Assembly: GCA_036172245.1 (NCBI GenBank)
Contig: JAYWIR010000058.1
Coordinates: 620,001 to 684,000 of the forward strand
Reading direction: 5' to 3'
DNA length: 64,000 bases
Origin: Raillietiella orientalis
Taxonomy: Eukaryota
In this document: in pieces, positions 37,544 to 53,054 of the stretch
Layout of the letters: every line of letters starts with the position of its first letter
Position numbering within the stretch: the stretch's first letter is position 1
Notes under the pieces: generated by a model
What the model saw: only the letters and a program-made list of their open reading frames with translations
The model's database searches: none
What the model was told of the DNA's origin: nothing
Translations under genes and position numbers: made by a program

Positions 37544-38479
37544 ATGGCAAATACGTTGGTGACAATTAAAAGAAAATCTGAATGTCAGCCTCCTGAAACA
37601 ATTCTGTTGACTTATAAGAGAAAAAGATTAGATCCGTCTAATGATGAAGAATTTGAAATTGCGTCAACAGTCTTGAGGTTTGCTGGTACAATAGAAAGCA
37701 AAGTGAGTAAAATAAATCAGATGCTGGCATGTTGAAAATGCAAATTTGTTCATTCCAAATAGGATACAGAGTTTCAACCAAACTTGGAAGATCTGAATGA
37801 TAACTTAAAGAAAGTTGGTGTACCAAGCTTGAGTAAAAGTAGTTGTTCCAAACTTAACTTCAAACGGAAAAGAATCGAAGAAATGCCTTTTGTAAGTAGT
37901 GCTTTCTTTTTCATTCACCTCATTTCATTCAGATTCTTAAGAAGCAAATCAGAAGTGACTGTTCTTCAGATGACAGCTCTAAACATTTGACATTATTTGA
38001 TATCATACCTAATGGAGATAGTGAAGGTACAAAAAGTCATTCATCAGAATTTACCATCACTTGTAATGACATGCAGCCACTGGTCACATATTCTTATGAT
38101 CTTTATTGGGTCACACCACATCCTACTTCTGGTAGTCTAGAGGAAACATTTGAGGAGTTCAGGTGTGTAATTTGAAGATATTGCCCTTTTATGGTTATAA
38201 GCATTTGCTATGGTTAGAGAGGTGCCTGCAGCACTATCTGAAGTTTTATTGGATCATGATGAAGAGGAAGAAGTTGATGATGATGAAGATTCCAATGCAG
38301 AGAATCATTGGCGCAATGAATATCCAGACACAGACACTGGTTCTTCATTCAATTCTAGATCTGATACTTCATATTTTGGCTATACTGGTAGTGATTTGGA
38401 TTGGCAATCTGGAGGTTCTGATTCTTCACAAGATATGCACGAAATTGACCATATGCGCAATAAGTTAAGAAGATTATAG
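37544..38479 (+). CDS. SLC7A6OS: Probable RNA polymerase II nuclear-import factor Iwr1/SLC7A6OS, ~259 aa
   Basis: Exons 37544-37702, 37763-37891, 37933-38162, 38218-38479, GT-AG and phase-consistent. N-terminal LVTIKRK...KRKR...LRFAGT, central ITCN...YDLY, and the Iwr1 signature DDDEDSNAENHWRNEYPD. Confidence 0.88.
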
Positions 38480-41400
38480 GATCTTTTGCTCCTCGTGGAA
38501 TATTCTGAAAACTTCAAAATTCTAATTTATTCTGTAAGTAATAAAATGTTCATTTTTCCTGTGATGTAAATGGACTATAATTCATGTCAAATTTCAAAGA
38601 ACATATACAGAAAACTAATATACTTGCAATAACACAAAGCATTATGATGCCAAACTGCTAAGTATACCATGGAATGCATGATTATAAGAACAAAAGCAAA
38701 TAATGCTAACATTATTGCATCGGAGTTATATGTTCAACCATCACATGCTTTTTTTATTAAAAATATATATTACTAATGCTTCCATAGCATCAATAATAAG
38801 GTAATGTGATTAGTGAATTTTGATTACCTGATTCTTTCAAATGCTTAAATTAATATGATTATTTTGCATTGTAACCACTGCTAAGTACCCATGAGGTGTG
38901 GAATATAATGAATAGTTTCAATAAATTTTCTCTGGAATTGTTGTCATCTTGTCCCAGAGAAAGTTCCCATATTTTTTGTCATAGTACTGATTGAGAATAT
39001 AAAACTACTGAATACTGTTAATTGGTCTGTTCTTCACTGATCATCATGTGTTCGTTTATTTATTGAATGATTATTACGTTTGGTTTGCCTGTATGTGTAC
39101 CAAATAATAGACAAGATGCAACTGCATCCACATGTAATCATATTTAATTACAGATAGTTTGTGAAATCTGTATACATCTATCCATCTTTTGATACACAAA
39201 GATGATTCTGCAAAGGCTTCCAGAAAACTAGTCTGCAGAAGTGGAATCTACGTGGTCCTTATAAGAGAAGAAGCTATGCTTATGAAACAGTCATACACAG
39301 AAATCTACATGCAACAGAAAGCTAGCAGCTAAATGAGTTCCAGAAAAATGGCAGCCTAATGTAGGAGAACAGAGTTTTGGAAATATACAAGAACATTTAA
39401 ATAAATTTCAGTCTTCTGCCTTGAATTCAAGTAAATTTGTGAATTGACAATTGTAATTCATCAGTCTCAGTGATATTAGGTACACAGAATAGTATGATTC
39501 CGTGTATGACTGAATAGGATCACTCAATAACTTGCAATTCCACAAGATGCTGGGTAGAATAGGATTTGAAGACTGATTTCATGCCTGTTTAACATGTCTG
39601 TACATTAACAATAATGCTATCCCTCAGTTGGTTCATTAGTGATGTTTGTAATCTTGTTCAGCATTAAGAAAGATTACAAACATTGCTGGAAAACACTTCA
39701 GTTCAGAAGTTTTTGCAACATTATTTAAAGGATTACAGTATTTTAATATTATATAAAGTAAGTAATATATCCATTATCTGAAGTAGAGCATAAGATGTCT
39801 TAAGATCATAATCACTTCCGTTCTTGACACAGGCTAATAATTCCCTCTTTGTAGGATAGTGTAGGATTCACTGCTTTGATACTGCTTCTTGAATATCTTG
39901 ATCCACTCGTATACTTTTATTCTTATTATATATGTTAAACACATGCATTTATTATTTAATGCATTTATGTACAACTGGTGTGTGTAGATTCGTTGGCATT
40001 ATTAAGCATGGAAAGCATAATCAAATAAAACTTACAAAAGTGTTATTGAAATATAGATGCAAAATCACGTATTTCGTGTATCCGATTCTCGTTTCGAAAC
40101 ATCGCAGAAGCTATCCTAGTGGGTGGATAGATTTTATGTACCAACTCACAACGAGGATGCCTATTTGGGTCTGGTTTTTTGTGGAATAGAATCCTGGGTG
40201 GGTAACGGATCTCCATGCTATATATATAAAAAAAGAATCCTCGATTTCTTCTCTACTGCATGCCTCTGGATGCATTACTTTAAAATAAAAATTGTGAATC
40301 TTACACATATACTACCTCCTCCCCAGTCAAGAAGTCTCCGTTGATTCCCCAAATCTAACGGAAAATTGGAAGAGCCGTACAGTTATGTATCACAAAGATG
40401 GCATTAATCAAAACATGAAATTCATAGATATATCATGGAGAATTATCGTAAAACGTGCCAAGAGAGTATTTCAATTTCTTGAATAAACTTTAAAATGTGA
40501 CGACAGATGTCCCATGAAATCCAGACTTGCTACGCCGAACATAGATCTTACTCTACTGCTCCGGATCCCTGTTACTGATCCCGAATATCTGTGGTTGCAT
40601 AATCGCTCGGTTGAATTGCTAAAGTATCCCTTATGGCTGAATTAATGGTGTCCGTATATCCTTGTGGCTTGAAATTCCTATGGAATCCTCCTTTCGATAT
40701 GAGTGAAACATATCATGGTAACAATATTTGCAACACCTTGTTGCAATGTGGTCAAGGAATGGTTCTTTGTTGAGGATTTACAACGTGGAAGAGACTCTAA
40801 ATTTCCAAATGCGAAGTGATAGCTCGCATTTGGAATTTGGTTCTATGAAGGTGTGTAAAGCGAAGAAGCAAGGGCTTCTCTTGTGAATTTCCAGTGTTTT
40901 CTGGTTCCTTTCCCCTGAGCCTTCCTGTTTTGCAATGGTTTTGGTGTGGATGGTTTCTGTCTCCGTTAACTCCATGTTGCGATTAATAAAAGCCTTTGTA
41001 CCACTCTGAATAGGCAATGGAAACGAAAATTAGGGTTCGGCTACCGAAAAGCAATACAGCTTTCGCAAATGTGGAAGATTGTTTTTCATGATAAGTCCAG
41101 ACACTACGCAGTCCTTTTCCAAACGCTACTTAGTAGGATGTTCGAAATTTCTGTTGAGAAGGGGGCTTGAAAAACATCCTTCTCGTGAAAAATCTTTTTC
41201 ATGGATGGTCAATTTATGGTTGATTCGACTTCGTCTGGGAGAAGACGATCCAACTCCTTGATGCTATTCTTCCGGAACAGTGTTTTGTTACACATGCTGG
41301 TTCGTCCTCTAGTGGTTCCCAAAGGAGGGATGCTAAGAATAAGAATGATTTGGAGCTCCCATCTCCTCCCGATCATCGAGCAAAACGGGGTTAGGGAAGG

Positions 41401-41999
41401 AGAAGAGAAATCTCGAGAGGGTGCTTTTGGGGTGACCAAACAGAAGCCTCGAAAGAGTGATCGTATACTGGATGATCGACTTTTAAGCATTCTGGCATCT
41501 CGAACGACACGAAGGACAGAATCATGGATGTTTTTGAATGCTGGACAAACCCCCGATGATCCACGGTACTTGGGAACTGAAGAACCTCGGTCTTTCTTCC
41601 TGGCCGCTGCTAGTCTATCCGTACCTTCCGCTTCTGGTCCTTAGTAAGTGATGATCCCTTTTGCCTGCTTCCGATCTTCTTTCTCAACCACTCAGTCTTG
41701 GGAAGAGACTCCCTTCTTTCCTCCAGTTCCCTCTTCCGAGCCGGATGCAGATCGCCTTGTGGATCTTCTCCTCCTCCCTCTTCTTACACCTCCACTAGTT
41801 AGGCTAGGCAGCGATTTGCGGTGCGTAGCAGGACCAGACCAGTACTACCCATAGCAGTGGAAAGAGATATTCCTCCAGAGCCTGCCCTCCTGGAGGTTCT
41901 TCTAGAGGGGCCTTTCATCCTTCTCTGGGTCGAAGGATCCTGCGAATTTCCCCTCACCATCCTCTCCTCTAGCTCGAGAATCTTGGAAAAGGGCTGAGC

Positions 42000-43095
42000 A
42001 AGTTCTCCTTTCTGTCTTCCGTCCTTCCAGAAATGAGGAGACGAGAAAAGAGGAGTCGAGAGACCGTGCCCCACGCCCCCGCGAGCCCTTCTGCCAGTTC
42101 GAGCTGCACGCGACACTTCGGCACTACCAAAGTCGGACCCTGGTTCAGGGTCCCCTGCGAGATCTTAGCGGAAGGAGGGGAGACAGGCACAGGGAGAAAC
42201 AATCGCACTTATTCCGAGACAAAGAAATCAGATATTCCACTGCAAGCGGGGGGAAGAAGGAGGAAACTGTGATCCTCTGCATCTTCCTTCCTTTCTTCTC
42301 GTCCGTTGTAGTCTTTTGGGACTCGTTGCTGCCGTGTAGTGCGGGGAGGGAGAGGAAGATAGGAATGGGGGGTTCTCAGGCTTGCTAGCTCTGCTACTGG
42401 CATCTTCCGCTCTCTTGGCGAGCCCTTGATCTCGGAAATCATTTCTCGTTCTCTCCGACGCTTTTGTCTCAAGTGTGCCGGCTGATTTGGAGGGCACGGA
42501 CGTTTACCGGTGCTCCGCAAACTTAAATAAGTGAGTGAGACTATATGAATTTGTATGGTCGTTCTGGAGATAGCAGTGTGATGGCAGAAACGCCAAACAT
42601 CGCCACTATGGAGGGCGGAGGTGATGCGAGGACTTCACCAACCCTTTCGATGGAGACGGAGGCTATCGCCTCTACTTGGAATTCCTGGGAAATGCAAGGA
42701 TATGAAATCAAGTTATCTCGGCTGCCACGCTTGCTGCCCAGGAAAAAACAGAGGAGTGACAACTGTCCCACCTGAGCAGCAGTTGGGAGACGCAGCACCA
42801 ATAGCAGTAATGCCAGCAGTAACGCGTGTGCTTGACTCCTACCGGCGACTACGTGTAGCCTGTTGGGACGTCAACAGGCAGAGAGACGACAACATGAAAA
42901 GGGGCGCAGCCGCCGCCTTGCAATTCTTCGATCTGGTGCTCCAGCAAGAGATCCACAGGATCTCCACGGAAGAAATTCAGAAAGTTGAATTGATCGCGGG
43001 CGACAAACTGCATTGACGTTGCAACTTCGCTCACTTGTGTGGGACTATCTTTCGGCTGAAACCAACCGTGGAAAGCCCGGTTCGAGACGTTCGGT
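42000..43095 (+). mobile_element. 5' part of an old plus-strand L1/Tx1-like LINE (ORF1 remnant plus start of endonuclease)
   Basis: LRVACWDVNRQRDDNMKRG....FFDLVLQQEIH in ORF 42621-43016 matches the APE endonuclease N-terminus (L.IATWNVNG.....D.V.LQETH). A degenerate CLKC..GGH knuckle-like segment lies near 42470. Confidence 0.55.
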
Positions 43096-43100
43096 CCGAC

Positions 43101-46100
43101 GTTGTCACCCGGTCACGCCGGCGCGTTTATTATAAACAAACAATTGCAGTATAAGGCCCCTCTGCGACCAATAAAACAAGGGATCTGCCGGGTCGTCGGT
43201 GCGCAGACCGACTTGACTCTCCACGGCAGCGGAGGGGGATGGGGAAAAACAAAAATAAAAATAAAAGAAAACTGAAAAAATCAAAAACCATAGTTCTTTG
43301 GAGGGTCGGGAAGGGATCACTGTACGCTTTGTGGAGTTTCCATCCTTTGCAGGATGCCGACAAGGTCCTTCTGCATATTTCCCAGGTGGGGCCATCGGAA
43401 TGCATTTGCAGAAAACGAGCTGCATACTCCATGACATCCCTGTAAATTGCATCTTCTACTTCGTCGGATCCACTCCAAGCCGCCACAATACCGCGGATGC
43501 AGCTGAGCGCTGCTACGACAGCGGCTGGCTGCAGGGCGTCCCGCACGAAGAGGAGCCAAAAACGTTTCTAGGAGGGCTACATTCCAGGATCCCTAGGGTC
43601 GTACCAAAAGGTTCCCAAAGGAGCCGGAGGGTAACACAGTCAACTAAGAGGTGCGGGAGGGATTCCCGTTCCCCGCACCTAACACAGTTTGGATTCACTC
43701 GTCCCCGTGTCCAGTGGTAGCGGCGCGCGTTGCAGGGGAGTCCTCAGTGCAACAGCATAAGCGCCGGCTCCTGCCACTTTAGGGGAAGGATTCTTCTTCC
43801 GGTTATCACTGGGGGCCACTTCAGGTCATCCATCGAGATGCCGAGCAGCTCGCCCCATTTCTTCAGTCCTCGCGGAAGGACGCTCTGGGTCGTGGAGTCC
43901 TCCAGCTGTTCCATGGTCCAACCGCTCATCAACTTTTCTCTGCCTGCGATACGGCAAGAGACTTGCCACCTCGGCGTCCTGCTGCTAACGAGTGCCCTTC
44001 GTAGGAAGGGCAGCACCGTTGCTAGGCAGGTCGTCTCTGTCCACGTGTCCTGGCTGGACACTCCAGGATCTCGCGAAAAGTGTAGCGGGCGTATCGGCCG
44101 CGTCGCAGGCTATTCCATATCTCGTGGCTCCTCTCATTCACTACCGCCCACGTGCCAACTGTTTCTTCCCGCCATGTGCTGGAGTTGACGGGGCTGCAGA
44201 TCATCTACCCCTTCTCCTTCGTCAGAGTGGATATTCGTCTGAGGAGAAGACCGCATCTTCTTATCTTCCTTCCACGACATAAAAGATGAGATGCAAGTCC
44301 TTCCGTTCCGGACACACGTCTGGCGAGGAGGCGGGCCGGAACACACCAAGGGATGCTCCACAACTTCGGTGCGATGGCCAAGGTGCGCCATCGCAGCTGT
44401 ATTTCCACGCGCTCCAGCGTCAGGAGGCTAAGACCACCTTCCCGACGCGGGGCTCACAAGTCCTTCAGAGGCACTCGGAGCCTCCCCTTGCCCCAAAGGG
44501 CGATGCGGAGGAGGTCCTTGGTCCTCTTCTTTACTACGACGGGGACAGGGCAAACGAAAAGTAGGGGGCGCAGGATGGGGGCCGCAAACGTATTCCAAAC
44601 CGCGGTCCGTTCCGGCAAGTGAAACTTGCCTTCCAGGAACGGGCCGATCGCTGACTCCATTTCTGGAGACGACCTGACCAGGCTTCTGACTGGCAGAAGT
44701 CCCCCATCGCCAAAGTACTTTAAGTACCTCTCCGTCGGGATCCCCAGGCGGATACAGTCAGGCCATCCTGCCCACGTTGCACCAACCGCTACCAGCGACG
44801 ACTTCGTCCTGTACACCCGTAGTCCTGTCCCACGGCTCAGCAAGTCGAAGAAATTCTCGACTGCCGAAGCCATGGGCAGCAGGAGTAGAAGATCGTCAGC
44901 ATACGCCGACACGGCCGGCGTACCGGGGCACGAGCTCGGCAGGGCAGCCAATGTCACCCTGTATGCTCTCAGCACCAGTTCGAAATAGGTGCTAAAGAGC
45001 AGGGTTACTCAGGCTGTTGCCCTGCCGGATGCCGCGCCTTTCCGGCACGCCGGACACGTTTTGTTCTCTGAAAGAAACGGTGATTATCGCATTGCGCCAG
45101 CAGGAGCGCAGGTAGGCCGTTAAGGCGGCCGGGAAGCCCATGCGATCCAGGAGCTCCAACAGGAGATCCTGGTCCACGCTTTATGCAAATCGACTGTGAT
45201 CGCTAGAGCCCTCTTCCTTACCCGGTCGTCCCTTCCCTGCCCCGCTGGCGCCCCAAATCAGGGTTGCCGACAATTTCGTTTTTTCTTACTTTCTTCCCTT
45301 TCCACATGGAACCATGTGCTGGCGGGGAACAGGTTTGCTTCCATGCTTCGCCCGGGAACAGCATGTGTTCCGGGCTAATGAAGCTGTCCGCTACCTGTAC
45401 CAGCCGCGCAGCCCACAGTCCAGCCAGCAATTTGGCATCCGTGTTCACAATCGTGATCGGACGCCAGTTGCTTAATTTACGGAGGTCTCCTCCCTTCGGA
45501 AGGAGCCCCACCCTGGCTGACCGAGACGGGAACATAGCCTTCGTCTCAGATGAGCCGTGTCAACTCGAGCACCAGGGGGGTCAGCTCTGCGGTGAAGCCC
45601 TGAAAGAACTCCGCCGGCAGGACATCCTCCCCTGGCGCCTTACGCTTCTTGAGCCTTTTAATCGCGGTGATGATTTCACTGGTCGTAAAAGGCTCGTCCA
45701 AGCAATCTTTCTCCTCCCCTATTGCCGGGGCTCCATCTGGAAGCAGGAGCCGCAAGGCATCCCACTCCGCAGGTGCCCTGGTGTCCCTGCACGAGGCGAC
45801 GTATCGATGCAGGGTCCGAGTGTTCCTGGTCCAAGTCGTCCAGCACGCTGGGCGGCCCGGTTTGCCAGGCTTGACGCTCGGCCCCGGCTTTGTACTCGGC
45901 CAAGCGACGGACGTTAGGGGTCCTCGCGTAACGACGGGCGTGCAAATATGCTCTTTCGTTGCGGGACCCCTCACCAAATCCCCGGGGCAGGCGGTGCAGA
46001 GGGAATTCCTCGCAGAACTCGCGGACCGAAACCTTCATGCGGTCCCAGTCGGCGAGATTCCGGAGGGTGATGCCTCTCAGGAATTGGCGGAGATGATCCG

Positions 46101-46560
46101 CTGCATCTGGGAGCCTCGTCCAATCCCCCGGCAGATGCCCGTTTCGCCGAGGAAGATCGAGTAGGACAACTATTTTTTTCAAGTGATCCGAACCGATGAA
46201 CCTCGTGACGAATCTATAAGCATCAAGCTGCTCCAACATGTGCGGGGCGAGAACCAGTTTCTTAAAAACCCTGAAGCGCGAATGGTTGGTGGAAGCAAGT
46301 GCACGGAAAGCTTAGCTGATAGCATGAGATTTCAACATCCCTGCTTTCAGGAAGGGCTAAAGGCCAACTCAATTTGGTTAACGAGTTGTACGTAGCCATG
46401 TGCACTTGCAACTTGTTGACTGGCGTCATCAGTATGGAGGGCAGGATCGATCACGTCTTCCCCACCGGCCACCTGTGCTCGTAGGTCGGTTATCGTGGAA
46501 AAGCGGGAACGACATTGTTGGGCCACGACCGAATCGAGCTGGAAGTACTCCACGCGGGAA
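43101..46560 (-). mobile_element. 5'-truncated L1/Tx1-clade non-LTR retrotransposon (ORF2, frameshifted) with 3' UTR
   Basis: SDH (endonuclease end), KAPGEDVLPAEFF, LLPKGGDLRKLSNWRPITIVNTDAKLLA, RGIRQGNSLS, SAYADDLLL, LKYFG and CVRCGERESLPHLLVDC in correct order; T-rich 3' UTR with AATAAA at 43126-43131. Confidence 0.92.
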
Positions 46561-46574
46561 GGGTCTCCCTTCCT

Positions 46575-50095
<3,521 letters not shown>

Positions 50096-50691
50096 GTTTG
50101 ACTATTTTATTACTAAAATTTAATTTAACAATAAATATCCCGCATTATCAAGTGAAAACCCTGCATCTAATGGGAGCTGGCGTGGATTCCAAGGAAGGTG
50201 ACCTCGGGATTCGTCCTGTATCACGTGGACCAGTCTCGATAGCCCAGCCTGATTGCACGAGTAATGATGTTTCCTGAACGCCTCTTCCCTCTTTTCAGTC
50301 ATGGAGGAACTTCTTCCTGAAATCTTCCCCTCTCCTTCTTCCCTTTCTTTATCTGGTGACTCTGAAGCGCCGGCCTTTAGAGGTCCCTGAGCTGGGACAT
50401 CGTCACAGCCGAGCAACGGGGAAGGGGACACTCGCGCAGAAGCTCGACCAGGTAACGGTGGGAGGGAAAGGAGGGAGAAGACGGGGATTCGATGAACGAA
50501 AAGGTCCTGTCTCTCTCCTGTCCTCCCCTCCACCCTTCCGAGTCCGCGACCCACAAATCTGTGAGCGGCAGGTAGCATAGAAAGAAGGGACGAACACAGC
50601 GACCTCAGCAGTGTGGGAATTTTGGATCCCCCCTTACGCAGAAAAGGAAGAGTCTGCGTACTATAGCAGCAGCAGCGAGTGAGTGACAATC

Positions 50692-51505
50692 GCACACCCG
50701 TTTTGCTCGTCCTTCCACGGAGGGAGTGACGGCGTGACCGACAGAATCCGACACCAGGGAAGCATCCGGAGGCTGCAGCTGGAATCCATCAGGTACTGCA
50801 CGGACATATCCGGGACAGAGCGAGAAGAGGGAGGAGGAGCCATTCCTGCGTATAAAGCAAGGATGGAGCCGCTGGCAGGCGGAAGAAGGGATTGGGGATC
50901 TCGAATGAAGGACTCGGTCAGAGAGGTCCTGTAGCTCCCTTGCATGCTGCCGGTGGGCGGACGAAATCGCCGCGGGCGTCTAAGGGTCCTTCAGAACGCG
51001 GCGAAGACTCTGGGCTGTCCAGAACGAGGTGGATCGGAGTAGTAGGCAGAGGAGCAAGCATCCTGGAGGAACTGGGTGGTCGGGCTGTTTCCTGCTCGAG
51101 ACCGTTCTCCTGGTTGATGGTCAAATCGGATGACTTCTCGCTCTGAAGCCGGGAAGGAAAAAGGGGCTGGACTTGTCCAGGAAATGATCTTCCTCTCGAA
51201 GGATCTTCCCTTGTGACAGCGGCTTGCCGACCTCTGGCGCCGCGAAGTCAGCGACGAGGACATGGGGCTCCATCCCAAGTACGAGAGGGGAAGGAGGAGC
51301 TGCACCCGCCCGTGTATTTGCGAGGGATGGGTGTGCATCCCATGCGCCGTCCCGCTCCTTCTATCTCGTGACAGTCTGAACGTCCAAATCCTCCTGGAAT
51401 TAGTCAACGGGTGGTCTTCCATCGGCTTCACGGCCTCCCGACAGGAGGGCGATCGCCCCCACGTCGTTCTCAACAGCTCCCTCCGCACACCCCACTTTTT
51501 CTCCG
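50692..51505 (-). repeat. ~810-bp repeat, copy 2 (inverted relative to 17443-18255)
   Basis: Direct sequence comparison with copy 1 shows only scattered substitutions, denser at the ends. Confidence 0.95.
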
Positions 51506-51866
51506 TTTTCCCAGTTGATGGTCTAACCGGATGACCTCTCTATCTAAAGCAGGGAGGGGAAAAGGGTCCAGAGTCAGAATGAGGAAGAACTAAAACTTCT
51601 TTCTGAGAGATCAGATTTCGTCCCTAAACATCTCTGTTCCTCTCCCCCCCCTTCGTCTCCCCGTCCTCCAGGAGGATCCAGTGTCCCTGAAATAGGGAGA
51701 AAAAAACCACCTGACGTGTGGAGGAAGCTGTTGGATGGTTATCCGGTAAACAGAATGGAACCTCTTCTTATGGAGACCACAAAAATGTATTTCTTGAATG
51801 AGCAAGACAAAAAGATGTGGGGAACGAGGGAGTAAAGGGTCAGGGAGAGCAATGGGCAGGAATTCC

Positions 51867-51928
51867 CCTTGTCCTCTTCAGAAACACACCTTTATCTTCC
51901 TTTTCCGGTGAGTTCCTTCACGCCAAGG
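51867..51928 (-). promoter_or_regulatory. Candidate SECIS element with GUGA core in the 3' UTR of the divergent GPx paralogue
   Basis: Minus strand reads ccttg gc GTGAA ggaactcacc gg AAAA ggaagataaa ggtgtgtttc TGAA gagga caagg. Lower stem ccttg/caagg, tandem G.A core, 10-bp helix with one U.U mismatch, apical A-run. AATACA variant signal at 51786-51791. Confidence 0.75.
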
Positions 51929-51959
51929 TGATTCCGTGGACGGTCTACGCCCTACCCCC

Positions 51960-53028
51960 TCAGACCCCGAAGATGTCTCTCTCAATCATCTGAAACGGGA
52001 GTGAGGAGGATAGAATCCTCCACATCAGGAAGGGGAAGAAGAAAGGGTCTGGACTTACCAGTGGATTGGTGCCCGCGCTGTAAAACGCTACAGGGACGCC
52101 GAGCCTGTTGACCAGCAGCAAGAGCGAGTCCCATCTCTGAAAGCTATGGGGAAAAACAGAGGAGAAAATAAAAAAAGATATGGGATCAGACCACAGAAAA
52201 AGGAGGAACAACACCTTCCTACCTGCTGAGGAAGCCAGGGATCCTGCTGTCCACGAACTTCCAGAGAGGGTGCACGGTATCCTGGTCCAGGTTCGCCTGC
52301 GAGAAAAGATCCAACTCCCTCCCGGAGCGAGGAACTCCAGGACGCAGCCGCTCGAAATCTTGGCTGGACGGATCGCAGGGGAAGGCGAGGACGTGCAGAT
52401 TCTTCATGCATGCGTACTTTCCTCCGAGATGCCGCAGCTGAGTGTAGTTGACCTTGTCTTGACCTCAGGAGGAAGGGATACCCATAAGGATCGCGTGGTC
52501 CCTGGAATTGAAGATGAAGGAGAAAAGGCAGGTAGGCACAGGGGAAAGCAACGCGTCTTTAGTTCCCTTTCCTTCCTTTACCCTCCTTTTTCGAGGATAC
52601 CCACCTGTACTTATCCAGTGCTGCCAGGTTTCCATTCAGGTCCTTAAGGGCAAAGTCATACACCGTGGTTGCTACCCGCCAGTCAATGTCCGATTGGAAC
52701 GTCATCTGAGAAGGCAACAGTGATAACTAAACCCAAATCCAGGAGAGGGGATGGAGAGGATGGACCTCTGTCCATGAGCCCCCTTGCCCACTTTGGTCCG
52801 GTCTCTACCGGAGACAAAAGACCGGGTAAAGCACCGCTGCTTCATCTCGAGATCCCTTTTCCTACTCACTCGCTTTCATACTGCCTTCCCTGCCCCTCTT
52901 TACCTTGGCTACGGAAAGGGCGCCATTTGCGCTTCCCGTAGCCATCTCCAACGTTTTCCAGGGAACAGAGCACTCACCATGCCCAGGAGGTAATAGAGCA
53001 GCGAACCCGTCCATCCCAGCACCGCCAT
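51960..53028 (-). CDS. Divergent GPx4-like glutathione peroxidase paralogue, putative selenoprotein (U63), 181 aa, hydrophobic N-terminus
   Basis: Exons (minus) 53028-52978, 52705-52605, 52501-52223, 52143-52059, 51989-51960, with the same intron positions and phases as the GPx4 gene (85-nt exon 4 in both). Sequence: DWRVATTVYDFALKDLNGNLAALDKYRDHAILMGIPSS-U-GQDKVNYTQL (TGA 52467-52465), VLAFPC, HPLWKFV, QRWDSLLLLVNRLGVPV. No frameshift is needed. Confidence 0.87.
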
Positions 53029-53054
53029 GCTGATAGCACGCTAACTGGGGGACC

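Noticed and set aside
51945..51962. Terminal TGA of the GPx paralogue read as a second Sec (would add U-G-G-R-A)
   Set aside because: It is only ~30 nt from the SECIS base, shorter than the roughly 50+ nt spacing normally needed, and it falls about where the canonical GPx ends. It is best treated as the stop.
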